This document shows, piece after piece, positions 38,314-52,415 of a stretch of 64,000 nucleotides of DNA (within the stretch, counting starts at the first letter, position 1; every line of letters starts with the position of its first letter). The DNA comes from Octopus sinensis. Taxonomy: Eukaryota. The position numbers were made by a program, and so were the translations under genes. The notes under the pieces are model-generated. The model made no database searches. It had not been told where the DNA came from and saw nothing but the letters and a program-made list of their open reading frames with translations. Location: assembly GCF_006345805.1 (NCBI RefSeq), contig NC_043022.1:10602001-10666000 (forward strand), given 5' to 3'.

Positions 38314-39229
38314 ATATATACTATATATATAATATAATATATATATATATATATAAAATGTATATATATATATATATATTGTGTGTGTGTAACATATATG
38401 AAAGCAGTTATGGCAGTGCAGTTGTGGTTAAGACATTCCCTTCACAACCAGATGGTTCCGGTTTCAATCTCAGTGTGCAGCATCTTAGTGGCTTGTGAAG
38501 GGAATTTGGGAGACGTAAATTGTGTAGAAACCTGTTGTGTGTGTGTGTGAGTAAATTATGTGAAGGTGTGTGGCTTAGTGGTTAGAATATTTGATTCACA
38601 ATCAAAAGATCATGCTAGCATAGAAAGTGGACATTAAATGATGCTGATGATGATGATGATGATGAAAGATAAGTTTAACACATTAAGTTAACGCGTAACA
38701 TCTTCATTAACTAAATTTAGGACGTTTATATTACCTATGAGGTATTCTATATTTTTCAGCTAGAGTGTAGTTGGGTCTCAAGGGGCTGGTACAAACCTAG
38801 CAATATGCATTTTATAGTGAAAACAAAATTTTGATTGAAATTCTAATTACCAGACGATTTTCTGTTTGAGTCTAACCATTTAAAGTTGTAGTGGAAATGC
38901 AAACTATGTCACAAATAGGTATACAAGTATTGTATAAATTTTAAAATCGAAAAATTTACTATATTTTGTACATACAAGTATACCAGCTTGCGGGTGCAAT
39001 AAAATGGGTTCGCAGGCACAATTGCACCCATGGGCATGAGTTTCCCCACCTTGATGTACAGGCTTCCTCACTGGCTCTCAAATATCCCTAATTATTTATG
39101 GGATGGCAACAGCTGGGGGTCACTTCTGTTTGACACAAAGCTGAATGTTTCCCCTGCTGACTAAGGGTTTTTCTTGTAGATCTCTTCTTGGAGTAGAAGC
39201 ACCAGAAATACTAATGATATTTTATTTTT

Positions 39230-39930
39230 TTTACTTGTTTCAGCCATTAGACTGTGGCCATGCTGGAGCATCGTCTTGAAGGATTTTAGTTGAATGAATC
39301 AACCCCAGTAGATTTTTCTTTTAAAGCCTAGTACTTATTCTATTGTGGAGGCACATGGACTAGTGGTTAGAGCAGCGGATTTGCGGTCAAGGGATCGCAG
39401 GTTCGAATCTCAGACTGGGCGATGTGTGTGCTAATGAGCGAAACACTTAAGCTCCACGCGGCTCTGGCAGAAAGTAATGGCAAACTTCTGCTGACTCTTT
39501 TGCCACAACTTTCTCTCACTCTTTCCTCTTGCATCTTGCAGCTCACCTGCGACAGACCGGTGTCCCGTCCAGGTGGGGAAACCTATACGCCAAGGAAAAC
39601 GGGAAACTGGCCCTTATGAGCCAGGTGTGGCTTGAGAAGGAACAAAAAAAAAAAAAACTTATTCTATCAGTCTCTTGCCAAACTGCTAAGTTACAGGGAT
39701 GTAAACAACACCGGTTGTCAAGCAGTGGTGGGGGAATCCTCAGGCACATAGACACCCATACACACACACACATACAAACATGTGTGATGGGCTTCTTACA
39801 GTTTCCACCTGCTATATCCACTCATAAGGCTTTTGTCAGCCTGAGGCTATAGTAGAAACTTTTCCAAGGTGTCACACAGTGGGACTGAACCTGGAACCAT
39901 GTGGTAGGGAAGCGAACCTCTTACCACACA
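39230..39930 (-). mobile_element. CORE-like SINE family A interrupted by a family C SINE (39345-39655, +)
   Basis: Family A sequence breaks at TACTTATTCTATT and resumes at ACTTATTCTATCAG. Confidence 0.7.
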
Positions 39931-40604
39931 TCCAGTGCATGAGATTGTTTATTCTGAGAATGACATTGTAGAGCAGATGTAACATGCCAGATCTGGCCAG
40001 TTTGAAGATAAAACAGATAGAATATTTGGGCCAGGTATGGTTGACTTGAATATTTAAAGATTAAAATCATACCCAAGACTACACACACACACACATTATA
40101 CACCAAATTTGTAAAAATATTTACATTTCTGAGAACAAACCAGTAATTCATAGCATCATATATATATATATATATCTGTTTATCACCACACTGTATGAGA
40201 TGAGCTAAAGTGTTTCTTCTTTATCCTGTATCTAATCACTGCTAACATAGGCCATTACTGCCATAAACACGTGCAGCTGCATTCAGAAATGGTGCATCTA
40301 GAAAGTCTGTATCTCTTTTTCAGTTATCACATAATATATTCGAAATACAAATGGAGGTTTCATGCTGTAACCTTATCCTTGCTACAGGCATACCAGCATC
40401 AAGTGGATTCGGTTACGGCCATATCGAGGAATTTATCTGCTTCTTCTTAATTTTACAACAGAATGCAAGCAAAAAGCACACACAGGCACCCACGCAAAAC
40501 GTGTGCATGCAGGCAACCCCTCCCCATCCTTACCCACATATACATAGATTTGTTCAAGAAGATATGTGTTTGTGTGTATATATACATATGTACGCTTTTA
40601 CTCT

Positions 40605-40960
40605 TTTACTTGATTCAGTCATTTGACTGCGGCCATGCTGGAGCAAATAGGTCCCGGAACTTATTCTTTGTAAGCCTAGCACTGCTCTATTGGTCTTTTT
40701 TGCTGAACCACTAAGTTACGGGGACGTAAACACACAAGTATCGGTTGTCAAGCGTTGTTGGGGGGGACAAACACAGACACACAAACATAAACATATATAC
40801 GACGGGCTTCTTTCAGTTTCCGTTTACCAAATCCACTCACAAGGCTTTGGTTGGCCTGAGGCTATAGTAGAAGACACTTGCCCAAGGTGCCACACAGTGG
40901 GACTGAACCTGGAACCATGTGGTTGGTAAGCAAGCTACTTACCACACAGCCACTCCAGTG
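40605..40960 (-). mobile_element. CORE-like SINE family A
   Basis: Reverse-complement match to the family. Confidence 0.8.
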
Positions 40961-40964
40961 CATA

Positions 40965-41026
<62 letters not shown>

Positions 41027-41027
<1 letters not shown>

Positions 41028-41218
41028 CGGGAAGCTTTACGAAAATAAACAAAAGACGAAGGCAGGTGGAGTACAAACAAACAATTGTATTAGTATGGCG
41101 CTCAGGAATAGAAATAAAACAAGTCTTTTACGTTTCGAGCCTACGCTCTTCAACAGAAAGATACACAGAAAAGAAACACGGAGAGAAACAAGGAGAGAAA
41201 AAAAATGCGTGCAGGAGC

Positions 41219-41220
<2 letters not shown>
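41027..41220 (-). mobile_element. PLE-like terminal fragment with hammerhead-like motif (CUGUUGA variant)
   Basis: UCUUU CUGUUGA A GAGC GUAG GCUC GAAA CG UA AAAGA at 41124-41161. Lies between (TA)n and (CA)n. Confidence 0.55.
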
Positions 41221-41282
<62 letters not shown>

Positions 41283-41337
41283 ATGTATATACATACATAT
41301 AAGTATGTATGTAGATTTATGTGTGCACACATGTATG

Positions 41338-41382
<45 letters not shown>

Positions 41383-41819
41383 TATATAATACACACACAC
41401 ACACACACATATCTTCATTATCATTTAACATCCATTTTCCATTCTGGCGTGAGGTGGATGATTTAACAGGACCTGGCAAGCTGCAGAGCCATGTTGAGTT
41501 CCAGTGTCAACTTCAGTATGGTTTCTATGGCTGGACATCCTTCCTAATGTCAACAACTCTACAGAGTGCACAGGGTGCTTCTTTGTGTGAATGTGTGCCA
41601 CCAGTAACAGAAAGGCTTCCACATAACTTGCAAGAGAGAAAAAGAATTGGTAAGGTCAGCCATAATGGATATATAATACTGTACACTTCGAATAATATAC
41701 CCATTCTATTGACAGATATATGAGTGCATTTTTTCCTGATTTATGGACTCTTAGATGACTTACACATCCTCACACACATGTATATATATATATATATATA
41801 TAAATATATAAACACACAC

Positions 41820-41889
<70 letters not shown>

Positions 41890-42888
41890 ATATATATTTA
41901 TATATATTATATATATAGATACATACACACATATGTATATGCCTGTGTTTGTTTGTCTCCTCACACCACTTGACAACTGGTGTAGGTTTGTTTATGTCCC
42001 CATAACTTAGCTGTTTGGCATAAGAGACTGATAAGAGTTACTGAAGCATGGAACAAGCTGCCGGCATCAGTTGTTAGTTGTCGGAGCACTGCATCCTTCA
42101 AAACTTCCATGCTTCCTGAGATTTTCCAACACTACACCTGATTTTCTCCCCTCCATACACACGCAAGCATGTAGCTGACTCATACACTGTTCACTTTCCA
42201 GACATTTGTACATTACTGCATATGCTTTATATGCACATTTGACAAATTGTGGTGCACCTGAGCACTTTATATAATAATTTCATTATTATTATTATTAAAA
42301 TAAGGATCGATTTGTTTGAGTTGACCCTTCAAGGCAAAGCTCCCGCATTGGCACAGTCCAATAACTGAAACAGATAAAAAAAATAAAACATACGATTAAA
42401 GATTTGAAGTGTGAGATATATCTCGGAAGTGTTGTTGTGGTGGTGGTGGTCGGGGGGAGGATCCTGAAAGAATATATTTATCTCCATTAATGCAGATTGT
42501 ATTAAAGAAACAAAGAATATTTACTGAATATTCTGGCAGATTTGATTTCAATTTGGGAAATATAAACCTGAAACCAAAAATGCTCTTTCTGAATCTATGT
42601 TTTCCAGTATGTCATTGCTAAAAGGTTTTGCTGAAAAAGATGATTTTTTTAATGTAAGTTGTAAAGTCAAAATGGCAAATATGGAAATATGAAGAAAACT
42701 TTGCCTCTTCCCTAAAATCACACAATCATGGTGAGAGAGTCAGGGGGATTCTTAACCCATACAGTACTTTACCCTCTAAAGAATGAATGCCTTGTGAAAT
42801 ATAATACACTAACATCAAACAGAGCAGTTGTGCACCAGAAAGTGCTTAAGGATGGTAATCCATATGTGTGTGTATATATATATATATA

Positions 42889-45800
42889 TCATCATCATCA
42901 TCATCATTTAGCGTCCGTTTTCCATGCTAGCATGGGTTGGACGGTTCAACTGGGGTCTGTGAAGCCAGAAGGCTGCATCAGGTCCAGTCTGATTTGGCAG
43001 TGTTTCTACGGCTGGATGCCCTTCCTAATGCCAACCACTCCGCGAGTGTAGTGGGTGCTTTTTATGTGCCACCCGCACAGGAGCCAGACGGAGCTAGCAA
43101 ATGGCCACGAACGGATGCTGCTTTTATGTGCCACCGGCACGAGAGCCAGGCGAGGCTGGCAACGGACACGAGCGGATGGTGCTTTTACGTGCCACCGGCA
43201 TGGAGGCCAGACGGGGCGGCACTGGCAACGGCCACGAACGGATGGTGCTTTTTACGTGCCACCGGCACGGGGGCCAGGCGAGGCTGGCAACAGCCATGAA
43301 CGGATGGTGCTTTTTACGTGTCACCGGCACAGAGGCCAGTCGGGGCGGCGCTGGCAACGGCCACGATCGGATGGTTCGCTTACTTGTCACCGGCACTGGT
43401 ATCACAGCCGCAATTTCCATTGATGTTGATCGACCTCGATTTTGGTTCTGCTTTATGATATCTGATTTGATTTGGTTTGATTTGATTTTGATTTTCACTT
43501 GCCTCAACGGGTCTTCACAAGTGGAGTTTTGTGTCCCAAGAAGGAAAGGTATGTATAAGTCGACTGGCTACATACCAGGTAGAGGCCACGGGTTATGGTC
43601 TCACTAGTCTTGCCGGGTCTTCTCACGCACAGCATACTTCCATAGGTCTCGGTCTGTAGTCATTTCCTTGGTGAGACCTAAAGTGCGAAGGTCGTACTTC
43701 ACCATCTCGTCCCAGGTTTTCCTGGGTCTACCTCTTCCACAGGTTCCCTCAACTGCTAGGGTGTGGCACTTTTGCACACAACTATCTTCAGCCATTCTCG
43801 TCACATGACCATACCAGCGCAAACGTCTCTCTTGCACACCACAACCCTGGAACGTGGTGGAAGTTGGTCTCTGCACATTTCCAGTGTTTATTGCTCCTGA
43901 GCATCTGCCACAGACAAAAACTATTTTCCTAGTTAGTCTTCCTTTGACATTGCTGCACCTCTTATGTGTCCATAGCTTACACTTGGTGCATCTTATAGAG
44001 TTTCTACCTACACCTTTTTTACAGATCGAGCAGGGCCATCTACCTGAAGTCGTTTGTGATTGGTCTACCTTCCTACTTATTAGGACTTTGGTTTTGGCTA
44101 GGTTGATTCTAAGGCCCTTCGATTCTAATCCTTGCTTCCACACCTGAAACTTCTCCTCCAGTTCTGATAGAGACTCAGCAATTAGAGCAAGGTCATCAGC
44201 ATAGAGGAGCTCCCAGGGGCATCCTGTCTTGAATTCCTCCGTTATTGCCTGGAGGACTATGATAAATAGGAGGAGACTGAGGACTGAACCTTGGTGGACC
44301 CCAACCTCTACCCTGAATTCTTCACTGTACTCGTTGCCAACCCTTACCTTACTAGCAGCATCTCTGTACATGGCTCGCACAGCTCTCACTAACCATTCAT
44401 CTATCCCTAGTTTCCTCATTGACCACCAGATTAGGGATCGGGGGACCCTGTCGAAGGCTTTCTCCATGACAACAAAAGCCAGGTACAGGGGCTTATCTTT
44501 GGCTAGGTATTTTTCCTGCAGCTGTCTTACCAGGAATATAGCATCAGTAGTACTTTTCCCTGGCACGAACCCAAACTGCATCTGATCTAAGCTAACTCTC
44601 TCTCTAATTAGTTGGACTATAACCCTCTCCGTAACCTTCATTACCTGATCCAGCAGCTTGATACCCCTGTAGTTATTTGTATCTAGGCCGTCACCTTTAC
44701 CTTTGTAGCAGACTATTATGCTGCTACACCAGTCATTGGGTATGACTCCTTCGTGTATCACCTGGTTAATTATACGGGTAACTAGGCTATAGCCGACACT
44801 ACCAGATATTTTGAGCATCTCTGCAGTAATTCCTGATGGGCCTGGGGCTTTCCCTGTTTTCATGCTTGTAATTGCCTTAACTACCAAAGAACTGTCAACT
44901 CGGATTGCTGGTCCCTCTGTTGGGTCAACATTCGGCAGACTCTCTTTATCCCATTCATTTTCCTCATTCAGCAACCTTTCATAGTGGCTTCTCCAAACCT
45001 CTCTCTTTGTATCCTCATTTAGCGCAAGTGAACCGTCATCCTTGCGAACACATTTTTCTCCTACCACGTCATGATTCTCTCTCACACACTGTCTTGCAAC
45101 ACGAAATACCTCAAGTCTTTCATCCTCACGGCGCAGGACATTGGCAAATTTTTTCTTATCTGCTTCCCCTCTGGCTAAATACACCTGCCTCCTAGCTTCC
45201 CTTCTGGCAGTCTGATACACTTCCCTGCTACCACCGTTCTTCCAGTCCTTCCAAGCCTGTTTCTTTTGTCTAATAGCCCTGTCAACAGGATTGTTCCACC
45301 ACCACGTTATTTTGGGTCTTGTGGGGACTTTGCACCAGCCACAGATCTGGTCAGTGGCTTTCAGCAGGTTGTCCCTTAGAAGCGTCCAGTTGTCTTCTAC
45401 CCCATGTGTAGCTATACCCCCTTCTATTTCGTCAAAGGCTTCAAGTAACATGTCTCTAAATCTCTGTCCATTCGCAGGGTCTTTAAGCTTCCAGACCCTT
45501 CTTCTCCATGTTGGTCGTCTTCTAGTCGTCCTCTTAGTCCTGATCCTAAAGTCACTAACTACCAGTCTATGTTGTGGGATACATTCTTCGCCTGGGAAGG
45601 TTTTGGTATTTATAAGCAGCCATCTTTCCCTTTTTCTGGCAAGGATGTAGTCGATTTGGCTAGTATGCCGGCCCGATCGGTAGATGACCAAGTGGCTTGT
45701 CGGTTTCCTGAAGTTAGTGTTGCAAACCTTAAGACTATTCGCATCGCAGAACTCCAGCAGCCTGGTTCCCTCCTCGTTGCGGGAACCATAACCGTAGCCT

Positions 45801-46115
45801 CCATGTACGCCATGGAAGCCCCCAGCATGTCGTCCAACATGCCCATTGAAGTCACCAGCTACAAAGAGAAGGTCCCTGTCATTCGTCAATGAGGTGGTCT
45901 GCAGTAGGGTGTCATAGAAACTGTCTTTCTGTCAATCGGGTAGCCCTGGCTGAGGGGCATAGGCCGATATAATGGTTGCTAATCTATGATGAAGCACTAT
46001 TCTAATCTTAAGTATTCTGTCACTTACTCTGATTACCTCAAGTACCTTATCTACCAGTTTTTCAGCGAGACGTATACCCACGCCTCCAACCCCGTCAGTT
46101 TTTCCTGCCCAATAC
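42889..46115 (-). mobile_element. RTE-clade LINE, 5'-truncated within the endonuclease; 761-aa open frame with internal in-frame deletion; complete 3' UTR
   Basis: ORF 43604-45889 contains APE motifs (GDFNGH, SQIDYIL), RT (YADD) and a Cys-rich finger. An upstream APE piece lies at 45932-46115. The tandem-unit 3' UTR ends in (GAT)n. Confidence 0.95.
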
Positions 46116-46392
46116 TTGCACACATACAGACACAGATGTGCAAACACACACACACACATGCATGTATGCATATGTATAAAATAAGTACAAAAACATATGG
46201 CCTAATGGTTACAGTGTTAGAGTCACAATAGCAGGGTCGTAGTTTCGATTCCCAGACCAGGCTGCATGTTGTGTTCTTGAGCAAAGCGCTTTATTTCACT
46301 TTGCTGCAGTTGACTCAGCTGCAAACAAGAACCAGCAGCAGATTAAGATTAACGCTGCAGCTGACTGATAATCCGTTTAAGGAAGCGTATTA

Positions 46393-46690
46393 TACTAGGC
46401 TGAGGAAAAGTTTGTGTGCCATGTTAATATAATGATTTTTTATGCAAGAATTTATTCAAAAACAACAAATATTCTTCAAAATAATGACCATCATTTTCCA
46501 CGATCTTCTGCCAACGGTCTGCAAGCTTTCAGATTTGGTCAAAGTAGCAATCCTTCAGCTTTGAATTGAAAAATTCTTGACAGGCTTCTTCAACTTCATC
46601 GAATGACTCAAATCGGTGACCTTTCATAAAGTACTGCATTGATCGGAAGAGACTATAGTCAGATGGAGCAACGCCTGGACGCACACACAG
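46393..46690 (-). mobile_element. Mariner transposase C-terminal fragment plus 3' TIR
   Basis: Reads PGVAPSDYSLFRSMQYFMKGHRFESFDEVEEACQEFFNSK (YSPDLAPSDY-like). A TA-bounded TIR-like end is at 46391-46415. Confidence 0.8.
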
Positions 46691-46988
46691 TGAGTCACCA
46701 TTGAACATTACATGAACTGAATGAACACACACACCACAAAAATATATACTTTTAACACAGCGCATGAACTTTTCCCTCAACCTAATATTATAACCAGCTA
46801 GCATCATGCTGTCAAAAATGACAGATCATTGTAGTATTTTATATCTAATTATGGTACATAATAATCACAGAAACAAACATTCACATACTTCCCTTGTACA
46901 CGCACACACATACACACATATACTCACACAGAGTTGAAATGCTGCTTGATTTTTCTTTCCAGCGTTGAGTGTTCACCATTCCATTTCC

Positions 46989-47028
<40 letters not shown>

Positions 47029-47228
47029 AACATTCATGTGACTCCCTTTTTACATACACACATTCTTTTTTTATTCTTGTATTTGTTTCAGTCATTTGAC
47101 TGTGGCCATGCTGGATAATTGATAATTTTTTCTCAGTGGAATTTGAACTCAGAATGTAAATAAAGAGCCAGAATAATTGCTGCTAAGCATTCTGTTCGAT
47201 GTGCAAACAATTCTGCAGCTCATAACCT

Positions 47229-47415
<187 letters not shown>

Positions 47416-49503
47416 CCTTTCTATTATAAGCACAAGGCCTGAAATTTGTGGGGAGGGGACTAGTTGATTTAATTGACCCCACTGTTTAGCTGGTACTTAT
47501 TTTATCGACCCCAAAAGGACACAATGTAAAGTCAACATTGGCAGAACCCACAACGTAATGTTGGATGAAATGCTGCTAAGCATTTGGCCTGATGTGCTAC
47601 CAGTTCTGCCAGCTTGCTGCCTTACTATTACTAATAATAATGGTTTCAAATTTTGCTACAAGGGCAGCAATTTTTTGAGAGGAGATGAGTTGATTACATT
47701 GACCTCCGTGTTCAACTAGTACTTATTTTATTGACCCTGAAAGGATGAAAGGCAAAATCAACCTCAGTGGAATTTGAACTCAGAACATCAAAATGGACAA
47801 AATGCTGCTAAGCATTCCCTCCGGCATGCTAACGATTCTGCCAGCTCACCACCTGAAATGATAATAAAAATAATAATAATCTTTTCAAGTTTTTAGTGAG
47901 GACCAGCAATTTTAGGTGGTGGGGGAGTAATCAGTTCAAACCCAGTGCAAAAACATCAATGATATATATCCATACACAGGTACCCATACGAATATAGATA
48001 TGTGTGTATATGATCCGTCTGTTTTTTGTATCGTCTATTTGAATGTTTTGCGTTCTTGTCCCATTTTGTATTTTTATATATATTTTTTATACATATATAT
48101 ATATATATATATATACATGCACAGTTCTTTATTTATATATATATATTTACATATATTTATATACATACATGCACAGTTCTTTATATATATGTAAATATAT
48201 ATATATATATATACATGCACAGACACATGCATACACACACATTGTACACATGTACATATACATACATAAACACATCTGCATACCAATACAGATGCACAAA
48301 AGTACTCATTTATACACACCTGTATACATCCATCTAACCAATAAACAGTTCTTTCCTGTTACAATTATTTTTAGCTTCTATTTCTCTTTTTCGTCTTTTT
48401 CACTTTTTACCATTGGTATCAATGAAAATATTCCATTCAGAATCAATACATAAATCAAATCTTTCTACAACCACAGTTCCACCAATCGAATTATTCCACA
48501 AACTTACTGAGCTGCATCTCAAAGTACCGTCCCCCAAATGTAATTATAACACTTTGAAATTTTTGCTGCTTACCAGCCACATTTGCACAGACAGAAAGAT
48601 CTTTCAAATAATATTAAGAACGTTATGAGATCAACAATGTATTCACACAGGTTATCTAATCTGGGCATCTCAGAAGTCAAATCATCTTCTGCACATGAAC
48701 TTAATTATTACTGTAATTGATATCTTTGCTAGTTGGAAGGTTAGAAAAAGTTCTCTTTGCAAATTAATATTATCAATGTGATATTTTTGTGTTGGTAAGA
48801 TAAACTTGTTTTGATAATGTTCTGACATAATGATACTTAAGTATTTTTATGTATATCACCAGGAGGTGATATCCACTCCTTTTGGGAGGATCTGCGTTAT
48901 CAAAAATTATATTATGAAATGATATTCTTAAGTTTGGATAAGTTTGTTGTATGGTGTTGGCGGGAGCAGCAGATAATGATGTTTCAGGACTGAATGTATA
49001 TCTGTGTGTGTATCTATCTATATAAAGATATGTGTGTGTGTATGGAAGGCGGACATTAAAAGATGATGATGATATATATCTTCCCTTCGCAATTTTATCC
49101 CTAATAGTGGTTTGGAATTTAACTGTCCTCTCTAGCGTGCAGGTAGTCCTATGATGGATACCTCTTATGTGTTTAAATGTACACTGTATTTATATGAATA
49201 ATATATAGTCTATTGACTAAATTTTTACATGCTAGGCCACACTGGTAATGGAAATTTCTAATATTTCAGATTACCCATTGATATTATTAATTATTGATAA
49301 TTTTTTTCTGGAAAATTTTCGAATTGAAAATCCAGCATATTTATTTACTGCCGACAAGGAACTGCACTTGCACAGTAGATTTGAAAAATTAGACTGTATA
49401 AGTATGGGGCATATACTGGATTGCCTCATGTATATATATTTAATCTAAGCTGTACCTGCTGAAGAAGGCTTCACCTAGCAAATAAGCAATAAGTATAAGT
49501 GAT

Positions 49504-49730
49504 ACAGGGTGTCCCAACTGAATGTGGTGTGGAAGTTTGGTTTCATTTTTTAAGAATTTTAATCATTCAAAGTATGAGTTAATTGTATTGGGACACATAC
49601 GTTCTGGAATCAAAAATTTATGTAGTGTCATCGAAAATTTAACTGGAAAAATGCAGAATTATCGGAGTTATGGGCATTGAAAGTGTACATGCATCAAGAA
49701 AGTGCAATAATAAGGTTTAGCAGTTGAAAA
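49504..49730 (+). mobile_element. Tc1/mariner-type terminal fragment
   Basis: Begins TACAGGGTGTCCC, a common Tc1/mariner TIR start. The second end was not found. Confidence 0.4.
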
Positions 49731-49883
49731 CTGTGAGTAGTGAAATGTAGAATTAGGTCTGATCATTGTGAAAATCAAATATTAAAATTTTTTCTTGTGA
49801 ACACACTTTTCATGGTAAGGTGATTTGACATCTACTTTTAGCATATAGGAATCCACTTTGGTGGTCATTCCTCTTACTAATTG

Positions 49884-49971
<88 letters not shown>

Positions 49972-50012
49972 GTATGTATATATATATATATGTATGTATG
50001 TATATATATATA

Positions 50013-50431
50013 AGTGCAGGAGTGGCTGTGTGATAAATAGCTTGCTTACAAATCACATGGTTCCGGGTACAGTCCCATTGCATGGAGCCTTGGGCAAGTG
50101 TCTTCTACTATAGCCTCAGGCCGACCAAAGCCTTGTGAGTGGATTTGGTAGACGCAAATTGAAAGAAGCCCGTTGTATATATGTATATGTATATGTATAT
50201 ATATATATGTGTGTGTGTGTATGTTTGTGTCTGTGTTTGTTCCCCCAACATCGCTTCACAACTGATGCTGGTGTATTTACGTCTCCATAACTTAGCGGTT
50301 CGGCAAAAGTGACTGATAGAATAAGTACTAGGCTTACAAAGAATAAGTCCTGGGGTTGATTTGCTCGACTAAAGGCGGTGCTCCAGCATGGCCGCAATCA
50401 AATGACTGAAACAAGTAAAAGAGTAAAAAGA

Positions 50432-50432
<1 letters not shown>
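50013..50432 (+). mobile_element. CORE-like SINE family A
   Basis: Full head-to-tail match. Confidence 0.85.
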
Positions 50433-50498
<66 letters not shown>

Positions 50499-52155
50499 GA
50501 GAGAGAGAGAGAAAGAAAATACATGCATGAGAAAGAGATGTGTAACATTTGGTTAAGTCACACTTGGTATGACTACCTCTGAAATAAAGAGAACTCAATA
50601 CAGGATAATTGTAGAGTAAGAATATTAGTGAGGTGATTGGATGATTCAATGTGCCACAGTGATCAATGATTTTCATCCCAACTGGGAATCTTCCCGTTTG
50701 TAAAACTTTGAGAAGCTGGAGATGTTCAAGGACGGTGTGGAGGTGGGGTGGGCATGGAGTGGGTTGTGTAAGAGGCTTTCATAATAGAATAATAGATGGG
50801 TGGGGATATATATATTTATCTTTTTTGGTTTTTGTTTGTTTTATTTGGTTTATCTAATAAGTGTTGGGAATCTTTAGTGTTTTTCATTGTGTGTGTTTAG
50901 GTGTGTGTATGTGCATGTGTGTATGTGCATGTGTGTGTGTGTGCATACACATGCACATGCTTGGTTTTTATGTGTAAGTGTATGTTTGAGTGAGTCTATG
51001 AGTGATTGCATGTGATTGATTGTGTGAGTGCGTTTGTGTGTGTGTATGAGTGAGTGTGTTAGTGATTGTGCATGTGAATGAGTGTGTGTGTGTGTGTTTG
51101 AATGATTGTGTGTGTGAGTGATTGTGTTTGAGTGTGTGTGTGTGTGTGTGTTTGTGCTTGGAGGCATATTTGTAAGTGGTTATGTTTGTGTATGAGTGTG
51201 TGTGTGTGCGTGTCTGTGCTTTTATGTATTTAATGATGAGGCAAGTGTTGATGAATTGGAAGCAAATTCTAAATAATTATATTCCCTTTTCCTTTCTTTC
51301 AGAAATCAGGTTTGAAATAATTCTTTAAAGGCACAGTCAGCATGTTTGTGAGCATATGTATGTGTATGCGGTAGGGCTGTTCCCTAAATGGAATTTTAAT
51401 GAATGAAAAAGGAATAATAGGAGAGAAAATTGACGTATAATTGGCAACGAGGTCAAAAGGTGACAGATAACTGCAAAATTTAAGGTCAAGGTCATTAGAA
51501 AGTGAAAGTATGTTGGCAAACATGTGTGTGTATGTTTGTGTGCATTGGGGGTGGGGGTACGTATGCTTGTATGCATACAATATATGTTTTAGAATTTAAG
51601 AATAGAACTGAAGATTTCAAAGATAAGGGTCATGGTGGTGGTGGTGGTGGTGAAGGGGGTGAGTTTGACATGTGTAGAACGTTTCGGGAAATTTAATCAG
51701 ATGTAGCTATTTCTTTAGGGGTAATTAAAAAAGAAAGATAAACAAATCTAATTATAGAATCTTCTTTAATTAGAGAAGTTAATTATCTATGATCTCTCTC
51801 TCTCTCTCTCCCTCGATTTCTTTGACTAAAAGGCAGTGCTCCAGCATGGCTGCAGTCAAATGACTAAAACAAGTAAAACAATAAAAGAATATATATATAT
51901 ACACACGCAGACACACATATATATAAATATACATATACACACACACACATGCACATGTGTGTGGCTGTGTGGGAAGACGTTTGCTTCTGGGTCCAAACCA
52001 TGCCAGCATGGACAATGGGCATTAAAAGATGATGATGATGTTCAATTCCACACTACAGGGCACCTTGGGAAAATGTATTCTACTATAGCCCTGAGATCTG
52101 CTAAACTGAAACTGAAAGAAACCCCATCATGTGTGTGTATGTATATATATGAAGG

Positions 52156-52195
<40 letters not shown>

Positions 52196-52241
52196 TATAT
52201 ATATATATACACATACACACACACACACATATATATATAAG

Positions 52242-52415
52242 CCCTACACCAACGGCACTTGAAGGTGCGGTCTATGCGACATGGAGAGATGGCTTATCTG
52301 GAAAAGCAGCTTAGACCCTACTACATGTCTAAACTCAAGGACAGAACTTTTCGGATCATGCCCACTTGTGACAAAATTTTTGTTACGTTTTTGGTCCCCT
52401 AAAGAAAACACATAG
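52242..52415 (+). pseudogene. Penelope-like element ORF C-terminal remnant
   Basis: Reads PYTNGT*RCGLCDMERWLIWKSSLDPTTCLNSRTELFGSCPLVTKFLL, matching the PY..CxLC..E..LN.R.EL..C..KFLL pattern at the end of PLE proteins. Starts directly after (TA)n. Confidence 0.7.

Noticed and set aside
39345-39420. tRNA-like cloverleaf
   Set aside because: It continues into SINE body and tail sequence: a SINE head, not a tRNA gene.
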